Source: Clostridia bacterium
Lineage (GTDB): Bacteria; Bacillota; Clostridia; UBA1212; UBA1255
DNA: 44,211 nt
Direction: 5' to 3'
NCBI GenBank assembly: GCA_017963755.1
Contig: JAGCTF010000085.1
Coordinates: forward strand, 1-44,211
Under the pieces are notes generated by a model. It was not told the origin of the DNA. It did no database searches and saw nothing but the letters and a program-made list of their open reading frames with translations. The position numbers and the translations under genes were made by a program. Positions 16,638-26,722 of this stretch are shown piece by piece; within the stretch, counting starts at the first letter, position 1, and each line of letters opens with the position of its first letter.

Positions 16638-19094
16638 ATGGCTACAAAGAAAAAGAACGTCGTTTCCGAAGAAGCGAATAAAACAGAAATTAAAGACACT
16701 GAAGCGAAAACGGCTGCGGCTTCAAAGAATGCCGCTGAGAAGAAGGCCAAAAAGCCTGTGCAGTCTGCTGCCGCTGCTTCTAAAACTGTCGCAAAGAAGG
16801 CCGCTGCTGTAACTGTTCCTGAGTCAGAAGCGAAGCCCAAAGCCAAGAAAACGGTAAAAGCTGCGCCTGCAGAGGAGAAAAAAGCCGAAAAGAAGGCCGC
16901 TCCTGCAGAGGAGAAAAAGGCTGAGAAGAAGACCGAGAAGAAGGCCGCTCCTGCAGAGGAGAAAAAGGCTGAGAAGAAGACCGAGAAGAAGGCCGCTCCT
17001 GCAGAGGAGAAAAAGGTCGAGAAGAAGGCTGCTCTTGTAGAGGAGAAAAAGGTCGAGGAAAAGACTGAACCCGCTGAAGAGAAAAAGACCGGTAAAAAGG
17101 ATAAAAAAGCACCTGCGGTTAAGGCTGAAATAAAGCCTGAGCCGAAAATCGAAGTTATACCTGAATCTGCAGCCGAAGTGACGCCTGAACCCGAAGTTAA
17201 GACAGAAGTCAAATCGAAGTCCAAAACAAAGGCAAAAGTAAAACCGGAGCCCGAAGTCAAGGCGGAAGTCAAGGCAGAGCCCGAAGTCAAGGCGGAAATC
17301 AAGCCGGAGCCCGAAGCAAAAGTCGAAGCAATAACTGAAACAAAAGCAGAGCCTCAGGCTGAAACGAAATCAGAAGCTGCTGCGGAAGAAAAGCCGGAGC
17401 CTGACGTAAAGCCTGAAGAAAAACCGTCGCCTAAAGCAAAATCTAAAACGAAATCAAAACCTAAAGCAGAGAAGAAGGCTGAAGCAAAGCCGGAAGCAGA
17501 GGTCAAACCCGAGCCGGAAGCAGAGATCAAACCCGAGCCGGAAGCAGAAGTCAAACCAGAACCCGCAGCAGAGGTCAAACCCGAGCCCGAAGCAGAAGTC
17601 AAACCAGAACCCGCAGCAGAGGTCAAACCTGAACCTGCAGCAGAAGTCAAACCTGAGCCTGCAGCAGAAGTCAAACCTGAGCCGGAAGCAGAAAAAAAGT
17701 CCGAACTGCCTGCCGCCGCACCGGAAAAAGCGCAAAATACAGAAAAATACGTTGACGACGACTATATCGACGACGTATTTGAACCCGATGCTGACGACGA
17801 TTACGTAAACGAAGATATTGACGACGAGGACAACGAAGAAGAGGAACCCGACTACGCTCACTTAGAAGAAGACAAAGAACTTGAAAAGGAAGAAATAGAC
17901 CTCGACTCGATTGACCTCAATAAAATTGCCGAACTTGACCACGAATACGAACCTTCGGGCTCGAAGCGCAAAGACGGGTACGAGGAAGAACTCGGCGGCG
18001 AATACGAAGAAGAGAACCTTGAAAAAATGGATCTCGGCATTTTCGGCGACAACGCTCAGATAATGCAGATGCTCAAGCAGGGGCGCGTCACCGGTTCTGT
18101 CACTGTCGAGGACTTCAACCAGGTAACGGGAGAGATCGACCTTGACGCGGAATCAGTTGAAAAACTTTACGACCTTTGCATACGTCTCGGGATCCGTATC
18201 GTCGATGAAAACGGAGCTGCGGAGAAACTCTACGAACACAGCTATGACGATATTACCGAAGGCGTAGGGCTTGAAGATCACGTCCGCATGTACCTTAAAG
18301 AGATCGGAAAGGTCCCGCTGCTCTCGGCGGAAGAAGAAATAGAACTTGCCAAACGTGTCGAAGAAGGCGACGAAGATGCAAAGAACAGGCTGTACGAGGC
18401 GAACCTCAGGCTCGTTGTAAGCATCGCAAAACACTACGTCGGAAAAGGAATGCAGTTCCTTGACCTTATTCAGGAGGGAAATCTTGGCCTGCTTAAAGTC
18501 GTGGACAAATTCGATTACCGCAAAGGGTGCAAGTTCAGTACGTACGCCACGTGGTGGATAAGGCAGTCGATCACCCGTGCGATCGCCGATCAGTCCAATA
18601 CGATACGTATTCCCGTTCATATGAACGAAAATATCAATAAATTGAAGCGTACTTCGAGAGAACTTGCGCAGAGGCTGGGTAAAGACCCGACGTCCGAACA
18701 GATAGCGGAAGAGCTCGGGATGCCCGTGGCAAAAGTGCGTGAGATCATGAAGTACTCTCAGGACACCGTTTCACTTGAATCGCCTGTTGGCGAAGAGGAA
18801 GACAGCCATATCGGAGATTTCATCAAAGACGAAAGCTCGCCTTCGCCTTCGGACAGTGCCGCTCAGACGCTCCTTCACGAACAGCTCATGGAAGTGCTTA
18901 AGACCCTTACCGATCGCGAACAGCGCGTGCTGAAACTGAGATTCGGTCTTGAAGACGGGCGCCAGCGCACGCTGGAAGAAGTAGGCCGCGAATTCAACGT
19001 TACGAGAGAAAGAATCAGGCAGATCGAGGCAAAAGCGATAAGGAAACTGAAAAATCCCAACAGAAGCAAGAAATTAAAAGATTTTTATGAGTAA
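16638..19094 (+). CDS. rpoD: Group-1 RNA polymerase sigma factor (RpoD/SigA-like) with ~470-aa low-complexity N-terminal extension
   Basis: Region 1.1-like ([15 protein letters not shown]...), 1.2 (VRMYLKEIG), 2 ([10 protein letters not shown]...[11 protein letters not shown]), 3 and 4 ([23 protein letters not shown]); directly after dnaG. Confidence 0.9.
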   Translation: MATKKKNVVSEEANKTEIKDTEAKTAAASKNAAEKKAKKPVQSAAAASKTVAKKAAAVTVPESEAKPKAKKTVKAAPAEEKKAEKKAAPAEEKKAEKKTEKKAAPAEEKKAEKKTEKKAAPAEEKKVEKKAALVEEKKVEEKTEPAEEKKTGKKDKKAPAVKAEIKPEPKIEVIPESAAEVTPEPEVKTEVKSKSKTKAKVKPEPEVKAEVKAEPEVKAEIKPEPEAKVEAITETKAEPQAETKSEAAAEEKPEPDVKPEEKPSPKAKSKTKSKPKAEKKAEAKPEAEVKPEPEAEIKPEPEAEVKPEPAAEVKPEPEAEVKPEPAAEVKPEPAAEVKPEPAAEVKPEPEAEKKSELPAAAPEKAQNTEKYVDDDYIDDVFEPDADDDYVNEDIDDEDNEEEEPDYAHLEEDKELEKEEIDLDSIDLNKIAELDHEYEPSGSKRKDGYEEELGGEYEEENLEKMDLGIFGDNAQIMQMLKQGRVTGSVTVEDFNQVTGEIDLDAESVEKLYDLCIRLGIRIVDENGAAEKLYEHSYDDITEGVGLEDHVRMYLKEIGKVPLLSAEEEIELAKRVEEGDEDAKNRLYEANLRLVVSIAKHYVGKGMQFLDLIQEGNLGLLKVVDKFDYRKGCKFSTYATWWIRQSITRAIADQSNTIRIPVHMNENINKLKRTSRELAQRLGKDPTSEQIAEELGMPVAKVREIMKYSQDTVSLESPVGEEEDSHIGDFIKDESSPSPSDSAAQTLLHEQLMEVLKTLTDREQRVLKLRFGLEDGRQRTLEEVGREFNVTRERIRQIEAKAIRKLKNPNRSKKLKDFYE
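16860..17090 (+). repeat. Intragenic tandem repeats ([11 protein letters not shown][TEKK]A) including two exact 48-bp copies
   Basis: GCTCCTGCAGAGGAGAAAAAGGCTGAGAAGAAGACCGAGAAGAAGGCC at 16899-16946 and 16947-16994, with degenerate flanking units. Confidence 0.9.
17496..17687 (+). repeat. 8 x 24-bp intragenic tandem repeat encoding AE(V/I)KPEP(E/A)
   Basis: Eight consecutive units of GCAGA(G/A)(G/A)TCAAACCNGA(G/A)CCNG(A/C)A. Confidence 0.92.
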
Positions 19095-19184
19095 TATTGA
19101 GTGAAAAATAATACGGATCAGCTGAATTGATTTAATTGCTATGAAATGAATTAAAAATTATTTACAAAGAGGATAATTGAATTT

Positions 19185-20600
19185 ATGTCTGATGACGAGA
19201 TTATTTGCCCTGAGGAGCCGGAGACTCACGGAGAGTCCGGTTTTGAAGGGCGCGAAACAGATAAGAATCAATTTGATATTGGATCAGTAAATACCACGCT
19301 GTCGGATTATGACGATGCGGCATCTGATCAGGAAACTGATGACGATGACGAACTCGAACCCGATGAGGCTGAGCTTATTGCGGAAGAAAAGCGGCTTGAA
19401 TCAGGTGAATACGACGAGGAAGATGACGGCGGATTTGACGAGATCGGCGGAACTTCAGATACGGACGGGCAGGACGGGAGCGAAGGCGTTGACGAAAATG
19501 CACTTGCCGCCGTGCGCGGAAGCATTGACGCCGGCATATTTGAAAACGACGACGGCATTGTCACACTTCTTTGTATCGGAAAGATCCGGGGATATGTCAC
19601 ATTCGAAGACCTGGAGCACGTTATCGAAGAAAACGCGCTCGGAGGCGAACTCACAGACCAGCTATATGACGCTTTAGAACGAAATGAGATAAGGATCGTT
19701 AACGAGGCTGATATTTCTCAGTCTTCTGAAAAATCAGAGGACGGCGACACGCTGGAACAGCTCATATCGGGCGTCGGACTTGAAGATCACGTGCGACTGT
19801 ATCTGCGCGAAATTGGCAATATCCCGCTGCTTAGTGCGGAGGAAGAGCGCGAGCTTGCGATCCGTACTGAAGAAGGCGATCAGGAAGCACGTGAAAGACT
19901 TACGGAGGGCAATCTCCGGCTTGTGGTAAGTGTAGCGAAACATTATATGGGTAAAGGAATGCAGCTTCTGGATCTTATTCAAGAGGGAAATATCGGACTT
20001 CTTCGTGCGGTCAATAAATTCGATTACCGCAAAGGTTATAAGTTCAGTACGTATGCCACGTGGTGGATCCGCCAGGCAATTACGCGGGCAATTGCCGACC
20101 AGGCGAGAACTATCAGGATCCCCGTTCATATGGTCGAGACGATGCACCGTATGAACAGAATTTCGCGCACTCTTTCCCAGGAACTCGGCAGGGAGCCCAC
20201 AATTTCCGAGATCGCGAAAGAAATGAAACTTCCTGAAGAGCGCGTTACGCAGCTGCTCGTAGCCGGACAGGATACCGTATACTTCGACGATCCGGTAGGC
20301 GACGACGAAGACCGTACGCGCGGGGATATGATCGCGGACGATCTGCCATCGCCTTACGATCTGGCTTCAAATTCGATGCTGCGCGAACAGATATTCAAAG
20401 TGCTTGACACGCTCACAGAGAGGGAACGGAAAGTTATAATGATGCGTTTCGGGCTCGAAGACGGGAAAGAGCATACGCTTGAAGACGTTGGCCGGTATTT
20501 TAACGTTACGCGCGAACGTATCAGACAGATCGAAGCAAAAGCCAGGAGAAAGCTCAAGCAAAGCAGCAGGAGCGGTCACCTTAAGGATTATTGGGAGTAA
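19185..20600 (+). CDS. rpoD: Second group-1 RNA polymerase sigma factor (RpoD/SigA-like) with acidic N-terminus
   Basis: Region 1.1-like ([15 protein letters not shown]), [19 protein letters not shown]...[48 protein letters not shown]; GAGG RBS. Confidence 0.9.
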   Translation: MSDDEIICPEEPETHGESGFEGRETDKNQFDIGSVNTTLSDYDDAASDQETDDDDELEPDEAELIAEEKRLESGEYDEEDDGGFDEIGGTSDTDGQDGSEGVDENALAAVRGSIDAGIFENDDGIVTLLCIGKIRGYVTFEDLEHVIEENALGGELTDQLYDALERNEIRIVNEADISQSSEKSEDGDTLEQLISGVGLEDHVRLYLREIGNIPLLSAEEERELAIRTEEGDQEARERLTEGNLRLVVSVAKHYMGKGMQLLDLIQEGNIGLLRAVNKFDYRKGYKFSTYATWWIRQAITRAIADQARTIRIPVHMVETMHRMNRISRTLSQELGREPTISEIAKEMKLPEERVTQLLVAGQDTVYFDDPVGDDEDRTRGDMIADDLPSPYDLASNSMLREQIFKVLDTLTERERKVIMMRFGLEDGKEHTLEDVGRYFNVTRERIRQIEAKARRKLKQSSRSGHLKDYWE

Positions 20601-20618
20601 AACGGCTTTTGGTGCAGG

Positions 20619-21476
20619 TCAGTTCATGAGACCCTTCTGACGAAGACCGATATTATAAGCGACTAAAGTAGACGCGAAACCCACGTTCAGAGATTCGACG
20701 GAGCCGAGCATCGGGATAATAACCGGTTCGGCTTCTTTTAACGTGCGCCAGACAGGGGAGATACCGGTATGCTCATTGCCCGCAACGACGGCGACGCGGC
20801 CCTCTGCCGGAATGTCGCAGAAATTGCGCGTGGCGGTAAGATCAGTCAGAATAATGCGGAAATGATTGTCCCTGAGCCAGCTTATGAGGCTGTCAATGTC
20901 CATATCGAGCACAGGCATCATGAAAGCGCTTCCGAGGCTCGCGCGAATGAGCCGCGGGTGAGTGACTTTTACCCTCCTGTTCGTCAGAACGGCAAAATCT
21001 CCTCCGGCGGCGTCAAGCGATCTCATTATTGCTCCTATGTTTCCCGGCTGCTCCTGGCCGTCGAGGACAATAGCGAGCATGTTTTCGCTGAGTTTTATAT
21101 CTTTTGCCTTTATTTCGGGCATGCGGGCAATTATGAAGCAGGCGTCTGCACCTTCGCGGTCGCTTATCTTTGCGCACGCTTTCGGAGAGATCGAATAGAT
21201 ATTTTCAGCCTTTGAACACACCAGCTCCAGAAGTTCGAATTCGGCTTCCGGCGCCTTTCCGTTCTCTGAATAGTATTCGGAATCGTAAAAAACAGAAACG
21301 ACCTCGATACCTTTCTTTACAAGCTTTTCGGCAGCCCAGAGCCCTTCACAGATAAACAGCGACTGATCGCCCGGGTGACGTTTCGCACCGAGGAGATCCC
21401 TTGCAGCTTTGACTTCAGGGGAGTTTATCCCTGCGATAACTGTGTTTTCACATATATGTTCACTGAGCCTTTTCAT
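20619..21476 (-). CDS. TrmH/SpoU-family RNA methyltransferase
   Basis: DGQEQPGNIGAIMRS, GNEHTGIS and IPMLGSVESLNVG SPOUT motifs. Confidence 0.9.
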   Translation of the reverse strand: MKRLSEHICENTVIAGINSPEVKAARDLLGAKRHPGDQSLFICEGLWAAEKLVKKGIEVVSVFYDSEYYSENGKAPEAEFELLELVCSKAENIYSISPKACAKISDREGADACFIIARMPEIKAKDIKLSENMLAIVLDGQEQPGNIGAIMRSLDAAGGDFAVLTNRRVKVTHPRLIRASLGSAFMMPVLDMDIDSLISWLRDNHFRIILTDLTATRNFCDIPAEGRVAVVAGNEHTGISPVWRTLKEAEPVIIPMLGSVESLNVGFASTLVAYNIGLRQKGLMN

Positions 21477-21503
21477 TTTATCTACTCCTTAAGCAGGTCG
21501 CTT

Positions 21504-22280
21504 TCACTTTTGAAACGTCTGAGCAAAGCCGGTTCCCTGTGCGAACCAGTGCATTCCGATGCCGGCGGCTACAGTAAGATTAAGCGAATCGACGCCGGGC
21601 CCGTGAGTGATCCTGAGCGGCTTACCGAGCTTCAGATATGAATCGTCGAGGCCTGATGACTCGTTTCCGAAGATCAGGGAGCAGGGCAGGGCGGTCTCGG
21701 GCTTTTCTTCTTCCATCGGGTCGCCTTTCAGCATAAACGGATAATAAATACGGTTCCCGGCGGCTGTGGCATATTCTTCAAACGTGTCAAAGTGCTCAGG
21801 GCGGATATGAAAGACCGCGCCCATAGAAGAGCGTACCGTATGCGGGTCAAACAGATCGGCACCGGAACCTATAATTACAAGATCTTCGAAGCCGAAGGCC
21901 ACCGCCGTTCGGACAATATTACCGAGGTTTCCCTTATCCGACGGATCGACAAGGACGATATGGCTCTTCACAGGATCGGTCTTAGCCTCGAATTTCCGGA
22001 ACACACCTATTGCAAAACAATTGTCCTTGGGAGAAAGCCGCTCGATCGTTCTGTCGTCGCAAACGGTACAGATACCGGCGTTCTTTGCCCTTGCCTCGAT
22101 GACTTCGCGCCCGGATTCGGCAAGCTTAGAAGAAACGATGACACGGAAGACCGCCGCAGGCATGTTGTCGATCAGCTCAATGACAGGAAAAAGCCCGAAA
22201 ACGTAGGAGTAAGAGTAATCCTTCTTATACGGACTAAGCCGCATCTCCTTATAGTTATCGGGCAATCTCTGATATTTCAT
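21504..22280 (-). CDS. TrmH/SpoU-family RNA methyltransferase
   Basis: DPSDKGNLGNIVRT, VRSSMGA, FGNESSGL and DSLNLTVAAG. Confidence 0.9.
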   Translation of the reverse strand: MKYQRLPDNYKEMRLSPYKKDYSYSYVFGLFPVIELIDNMPAAVFRVIVSSKLAESGREVIEARAKNAGICTVCDDRTIERLSPKDNCFAIGVFRKFEAKTDPVKSHIVLVDPSDKGNLGNIVRTAVAFGFEDLVIIGSGADLFDPHTVRSSMGAVFHIRPEHFDTFEEYATAAGNRIYYPFMLKGDPMEEEKPETALPCSLIFGNESSGLDDSYLKLGKPLRITHGPGVDSLNLTVAAGIGMHWFAQGTGFAQTFQK

Positions 22281-22316
22281 TTATTCGTGATATTCTTAAA
22301 ACAATCAGTACGGCGG

Positions 22317-22871
22317 TCAATACTTGTAGATCGTCTTTCTGCGTTCCAGTTCTTCCTGTTCGATCATCTTCTCGGCGCGTTCGGAGACTTTTTCCGCCCA
22401 GTCGGCCATATCCTTCAGGATCGCTTCCGTTTCCGATTCTTCGTCGCACCAGATGGGCTCTACACAGTGCTTCGTATCGAGAACTACAGATTCTTTAAGC
22501 CAGTCGTTTGAAAGCTTGGTGAGCGCTTTCGTATCTTCTTTTTCGCCGCAGGAGAAGAGAGCGACCTTTCTGTCGTATATCTTAATAACGTTGAACAGCG
22601 TATTGTATACGGGGTTGTATGAATCGAACCATACGGGTGTGCCTATAAAGATCAGGTCATAGTCGCGCGGGTCCCATTTGAAAGGGAATATGTCCGGCTT
22701 CTTATGACGGATTACTTCGGAATGGAGCTTCAAATTGTTGAAAAAGCCAAACCCTTTAACACGCTTAACGCGAACAAGACGCGCGGTATCGGCGCCTATC
22801 CTATCGGCGATAGCATGTGCGACCGCATCCGTATTTCCGTCAACACTTGTATATAACACCAGTTTCTTCAT
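22317..22871 (-). CDS. Flavodoxin-like protein
   Basis: MKKLVLYTSVDGNT FMN loop and YDLIFIGTPVW. Start 22871 after an AAGGAG RBS; TTGACA-17-TAACAT promoter at 22954-22926. Confidence 0.8.
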   Translation of the reverse strand: MKKLVLYTSVDGNTDAVAHAIADRIGADTARLVRVKRVKGFGFFNNLKLHSEVIRHKKPDIFPFKWDPRDYDLIFIGTPVWFDSYNPVYNTLFNVIKIYDRKVALFSCGEKEDTKALTKLSNDWLKESVVLDTKHCVEPIWCDEESETEAILKDMADWAEKVSERAEKMIEQEELERRKTIYKY

Positions 22872-22993
22872 AGATCCTAACTCCTTCCGCTTCGAAAAGC
22901 TCTGCGGCATAAAAATACACCATTGATGTTACGCTTTTTCGAGGTGATTGTCAACTTCTTTTTTGCTTTTGAGTGCTGTTTCGCGGCGGGCAA

Positions 22994-23554
22994 TTATTTA
23001 CCGAACAGGCCCATTATTGACCCGAGCAGCCCGGTCTTTTTCCCGCCGGCAATACCACTTATAAGGCTCGTGACGTCTCCGCTTCCAAGCAGGCTTCCCA
23101 TAAGTCCCGATATTCCAGAAGCATTGTTCGAAGAAGAATTCGAACCGGAAGAGACCTGCTGCCCTATGAGACTCATGAGCAGGGGAGCTGCGGCGGAAAG
23201 AATATTATTGGCTTTCGTTTCTTTTACTCCTGCCGCTTCTGCAGCTTCTTTCGCTGCACCGGACGCACCGCTTCCGAGAAGATGGTTTATTATCTTGCTT
23301 CCGTCGTTGATGTCGATCCCGGAAATAAAGGAACCGATATCGGTAGTGTCGTCTTTTGCGTGATCTGAAAGCGCTTTTACAAATCCGGACGCAGTGTCAG
23401 TGCTGTCCGCCTGAGCTTTAGCACCTGAAAGCATCGAAGGCAATGCAGATGCGAGCACGCCTTTAACGCCTTTCTGAGAAGTTCCTGTAAGTTTGCCAAG
23501 CCCTTTTAAAGTGTCCTTGCTGAGCATCGTGCTCATAAGTCCGTTAATATCCAT
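22994..23554 (-). CDS. DUF937-like protein
   Basis: ALPSMLSG...ALSDHA...DGSKIINHLLG...AAPLLMSLIG pattern with a Gly-rich tail. Confidence 0.7.
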   Translation of the reverse strand: MDINGLMSTMLSKDTLKGLGKLTGTSQKGVKGVLASALPSMLSGAKAQADSTDTASGFVKALSDHAKDDTTDIGSFISGIDINDGSKIINHLLGSGASGAAKEAAEAAGVKETKANNILSAAAPLLMSLIGQQVSSGSNSSSNNASGISGLMGSLLGSGDVTSLISGIAGGKKTGLLGSIMGLFGK

Positions 23555-23610
23555 TTTGATTATCTCCTATCTCAATAATTGTAAACTATGCCAAGCCCGA
23601 TAAAAAGCAA

Positions 23611-25008
23611 TTATTTCTTTTTCTTCTTGCCCACGACGATGCCGATAACTACGGCTGCAACTACGACCACACCGCCGATTATCGCGATCACCGGCCACGG
23701 GAAACTCTTTCCCCCTTTATCTCCGGTATTTGCGCTGCCATTGTCAGTTGCGTTGGAATTTCCGCCGTTATCCGCCGTGGCCTGCTCCGCCTCGGTGGGG
23801 ACAGGAGTAGGAATCGAAGTGGCTTCCGATTCTGGTGTAGCGGTCGGCTCCGGAGTAGGAGCTTTCGTGGGAGTGGGGGCGGGAGTAGGTATTATTTCAT
23901 CGCCCTTCTCAAGCCATTTATCACCGAAAGCAGTAGCGGCCTTTTCGTTTTCAAAGAAGGCAACGTAATACACTTCGAAATCGGCGATTCCGTTGCACTC
24001 TCCGAGCGGGTCTAAACGCGTATCGATCATCATTCCGGTCCAGGTCTTTTTTCTGCCCATATTTGCGTTAACGTACTGAAGTGCGTCCGTATCTTTATAA
24101 GAGAGGGAGATCGCCTGCGGCTCGGAAAAGCCGGGATTCTGGTCCGTCTGGAAATAGATCTGGCCCGTCAAACCGGCCGCGGGATTGCTGAGCCTGAAAC
24201 CGACCTGCATAATTTTATAAGTGTCGGCGTCAACTATGTAGCTGTCGTCTTCCATGGATGCCAGCGTGAACTGCATGACCGCCCAGGGATCGCTGATGTT
24301 TTCCATATGGATCACGTAGCACTTCTTCTCTGCGTCAAATTCGATGGAATCGATATTATTAGCCGCTCCGAAGATACCGCCTTCCACATATTTATCCTCA
24401 GCGTCGAAACGGAATATGGGACCTGGCTCATACGCTTTATCACCTGTTTCAGGTTCTTTGGTAGGCTCCGGCGTGGAGACGGGTCCGTCTGCGTTGAAAT
24501 TAAATTCTACCACGTCTCTCTGCATCGTGCTCATAATAAATATGCTTCCGTCCTGGGTCTGGCAGACGAACGTGAATTTGTGGGTCCCTTTAAGGCCTTC
24601 TGTACTTACGATCAGATGAAATCTGGAAGCAAATTCACAGCTGAAAGCATTCGCGGCGGCAATAACGTCATCGCCTGTGAGGGCTTTATATTCTTCACTG
24701 AGCACGGGCTCGCCGTCGTCGATCATATATCCGAATGCTTTAATATCCTGAGTAGAAGCGACCCAGCCCGCAACACCGACCGATTCGGCAGGGCCGGGGA
24801 GCGTATCGTTATGATCGGAAAGGTAATCAAGCGGATGTCCGTCTACGCCAAGGATCGTATCGTCAGTTCTTACGCTGTCCCAAAGGACAACGGCGTTGTT
24901 TCCTTCGGCAATAAAATCGTCTATATCGAGTACTTCGGCACTCGAAACCACGGTGAAAAGCGAGAACATAAGCATTGCGATAAGTGTCAAAGAAAGCAGT
25001 CTTTTCAT
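23611..25008 (-). CDS. Secreted, C-terminally membrane-anchored protein with CBM-like domain and Pro/Thr linkers
   Basis: Signal peptide; two globular domains separated by PTPEPT; second domain beta-rich (GQIYFQT...W.G...RLDP); PTPAPTPT linker; TM helix plus KKKKK. Confidence 0.75.
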   Translation of the reverse strand: MKRLLSLTLIAMLMFSLFTVVSSAEVLDIDDFIAEGNNAVVLWDSVRTDDTILGVDGHPLDYLSDHNDTLPGPAESVGVAGWVASTQDIKAFGYMIDDGEPVLSEEYKALTGDDVIAAANAFSCEFASRFHLIVSTEGLKGTHKFTFVCQTQDGSIFIMSTMQRDVVEFNFNADGPVSTPEPTKEPETGDKAYEPGPIFRFDAEDKYVEGGIFGAANNIDSIEFDAEKKCYVIHMENISDPWAVMQFTLASMEDDSYIVDADTYKIMQVGFRLSNPAAGLTGQIYFQTDQNPGFSEPQAISLSYKDTDALQYVNANMGRKKTWTGMMIDTRLDPLGECNGIADFEVYYVAFFENEKAATAFGDKWLEKGDEIIPTPAPTPTKAPTPEPTATPESEATSIPTPVPTEAEQATADNGGNSNATDNGSANTGDKGGKSFPWPVIAIIGGVVVVAAVVIGIVVGKKKKK

Positions 25009-25041
25009 CAGATAAACCTCCGATAATTATAGAATGGTAAA

Positions 25042-25070
25042 ATTATACTATGTGTGCGGAGATCTGTCAA
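25042..25070 (-). promoter_or_regulatory. Consensus sigmaA promoter for the 25008 gene
   Basis: Perfect TTGACA, 17 bp, TATAAT on the minus strand. Confidence 0.8.
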
Positions 25071-25097
25071 ATAAAAAGGCGCCTTTTAACCTCGATA

Positions 25098-25127
25098 TTT
25101 ACAAAACTCCCTTTCCGGTTGTATAAT
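25098..25127 (+). promoter_or_regulatory. sigmaA-type promoter of the glpK operon
   Basis: TTTACA, 18 bp, TATAAT. Confidence 0.6.
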
Positions 25128-25209
25128 TCATTTACAAACGCGGAGCTGATTCAAAAAACTGAAGTCAGTCTGCCTGCGGATAAAATTATATGACAGGAAC
25201 GTAATTATT

Positions 25210-26694
25210 ATGAAGAAAAAGTATATCCTCGCGCTCGACGAGGGCACTACAAGCGCAAGAAGCATTTTATTTGACGGAGGAATGAACATAATTGCCGTCG
25301 CGCAGAACGAGATCCCGCAGATCTTTCCAAAACCCGGATGGGTCGAGCAGGATCCGCTTGAAATATACGCGAGCCAGTACGCGTCGATGACGGAATGCGT
25401 TGCCCGCAGCGGAATTTCGCCGGAGGAGATCGCGGCTGTCGGTATTACGAATCAGCGCGAGACCACGATAGTGTGGGAAAAAGCGACCGGACGCCCCGTT
25501 TACAACGCTATAGTATGGCAGTGCCGCCGCACCGCGGGAATATGCCAGGAATTGTCCGACGCGGGATTTGACGATATGATCGCACGGAAGACAGGACTTA
25601 AAACGGACGCCTACTTCAGCGGCACAAAGATCAAATGGATCCTTGACAACGTTCCGGGGGCGAGGGAAAAGGCGGAAGCGGGGGAGCTGCTGTTCGGGAC
25701 CGTCGATACGTGGCTCATGTGGAAACTTTCGGGAGGCCGCATCCACCTGACGGATAACACGAATGCTTCACGAACCATGCTCTATGATCTTGCAGGCTGC
25801 GGCTGGGACGACGAATTGCTAAAAATGCTTAGCGTTCCGCGCTCGATGCTGCCGGGCATCCGCCCGAGCGGGTCGTTTTTCGGCGAGATCAGTCTTATGG
25901 GGACTACGCTTCCGGTGTGCGGAGTCGCGGGCGACCAGCAGTCGGCGCTGTTCGGGCAATGCTGCTTTGACCCGGGCGAGATGAAAAACACGTACGGTAC
26001 GGGCTGCTTCCTGCTCGTAAATACGGGGGACAATATTGTCCGCTCGCACCACGGCCTCATCACGACCGCGGCGTCAACTCTTTCCGGCGAAGCGCCTTCG
26101 TACGCTCTTGAAGGCAGCGTGTTCGTCGGAGGCGCGGTGATCAAATGGCTGCGCGACAGTATGCGCCTTATCGACGAAGCTCACGACACCGAATATTTTG
26201 CGAGAAAGGTGAAAGACACCGGCGGTGTTTATATGGTACCCGCTTTCAGCGGACTCGGAGCTCCTTACTGGGATATGGACGCGCTCGGCACGATAGTTGG
26301 AATAACCGGAGGCACAAGGCGCTCTCACATAATAAGGGCGGCGCTTGAATCGATCGCATACCAGACGAACGACGTTATCAGATCGGCCGCCGGCGACGCC
26401 GGGACCAGACCGACTTCACTGAAAGTGGACGGGGGAGCGTCGGCAAACGATTTCCTTATGCAGTTCCAGGCGGATATTTCAGACATCGAAGTGATCAGAG
26501 CGGAAATGAAAGAGGCTACAGCAGCCGGAGCGGCGTACCTTGCCGGATTGACTGCGAAAATATTTAAGGACAGAGCTGAGATCAAATCGATCGTCAGCGC
26601 AAAAAGAGCGTTCTTCCCTGAGATGGACGAAAAGGAAAGAGCTAAAAAACTTGACGGCTGGCAGAGGGCTGTAAGAGCGTGCAGGGCGTATTGA
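25210..26694 (+). CDS. glpK: Glycerol kinase
   Basis: LDEGTTSAR, GITNQRETT, AIVWQCRRT, YFSGTK, GDQQSALFGQ, KNTYGTG, APYWD and VDGGAS motifs. Confidence 0.96.
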   Translation: MKKKYILALDEGTTSARSILFDGGMNIIAVAQNEIPQIFPKPGWVEQDPLEIYASQYASMTECVARSGISPEEIAAVGITNQRETTIVWEKATGRPVYNAIVWQCRRTAGICQELSDAGFDDMIARKTGLKTDAYFSGTKIKWILDNVPGAREKAEAGELLFGTVDTWLMWKLSGGRIHLTDNTNASRTMLYDLAGCGWDDELLKMLSVPRSMLPGIRPSGSFFGEISLMGTTLPVCGVAGDQQSALFGQCCFDPGEMKNTYGTGCFLLVNTGDNIVRSHHGLITTAASTLSGEAPSYALEGSVFVGGAVIKWLRDSMRLIDEAHDTEYFARKVKDTGGVYMVPAFSGLGAPYWDMDALGTIVGITGGTRRSHIIRAALESIAYQTNDVIRSAAGDAGTRPTSLKVDGGASANDFLMQFQADISDIEVIRAEMKEATAAGAAYLAGLTAKIFKDRAEIKSIVSAKRAFFPEMDEKERAKKLDGWQRAVRACRAY

Positions 26695-26722
26695 AAGCGC
26701 GATATGAACGGAGGATACTAGC

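Noticed and set aside
16860-17687. CRISPR array
   Set aside because: Repeats are contiguous, in frame, have no unique spacers and lie within the rpoD ORF; no cas genes are present.
16493-17861. Long minus-strand low-complexity ORFs (16493-17302, 17354-17674, 17454-17861)
   Set aside because: Antisense translations of the repetitive rpoD extension, with no RBS or independent motif.
25140-25180. GlpP-type antiterminator leader before glpK
   Set aside because: Only a weak imperfect hairpin with no U-tract, and no glpP gene in the window.
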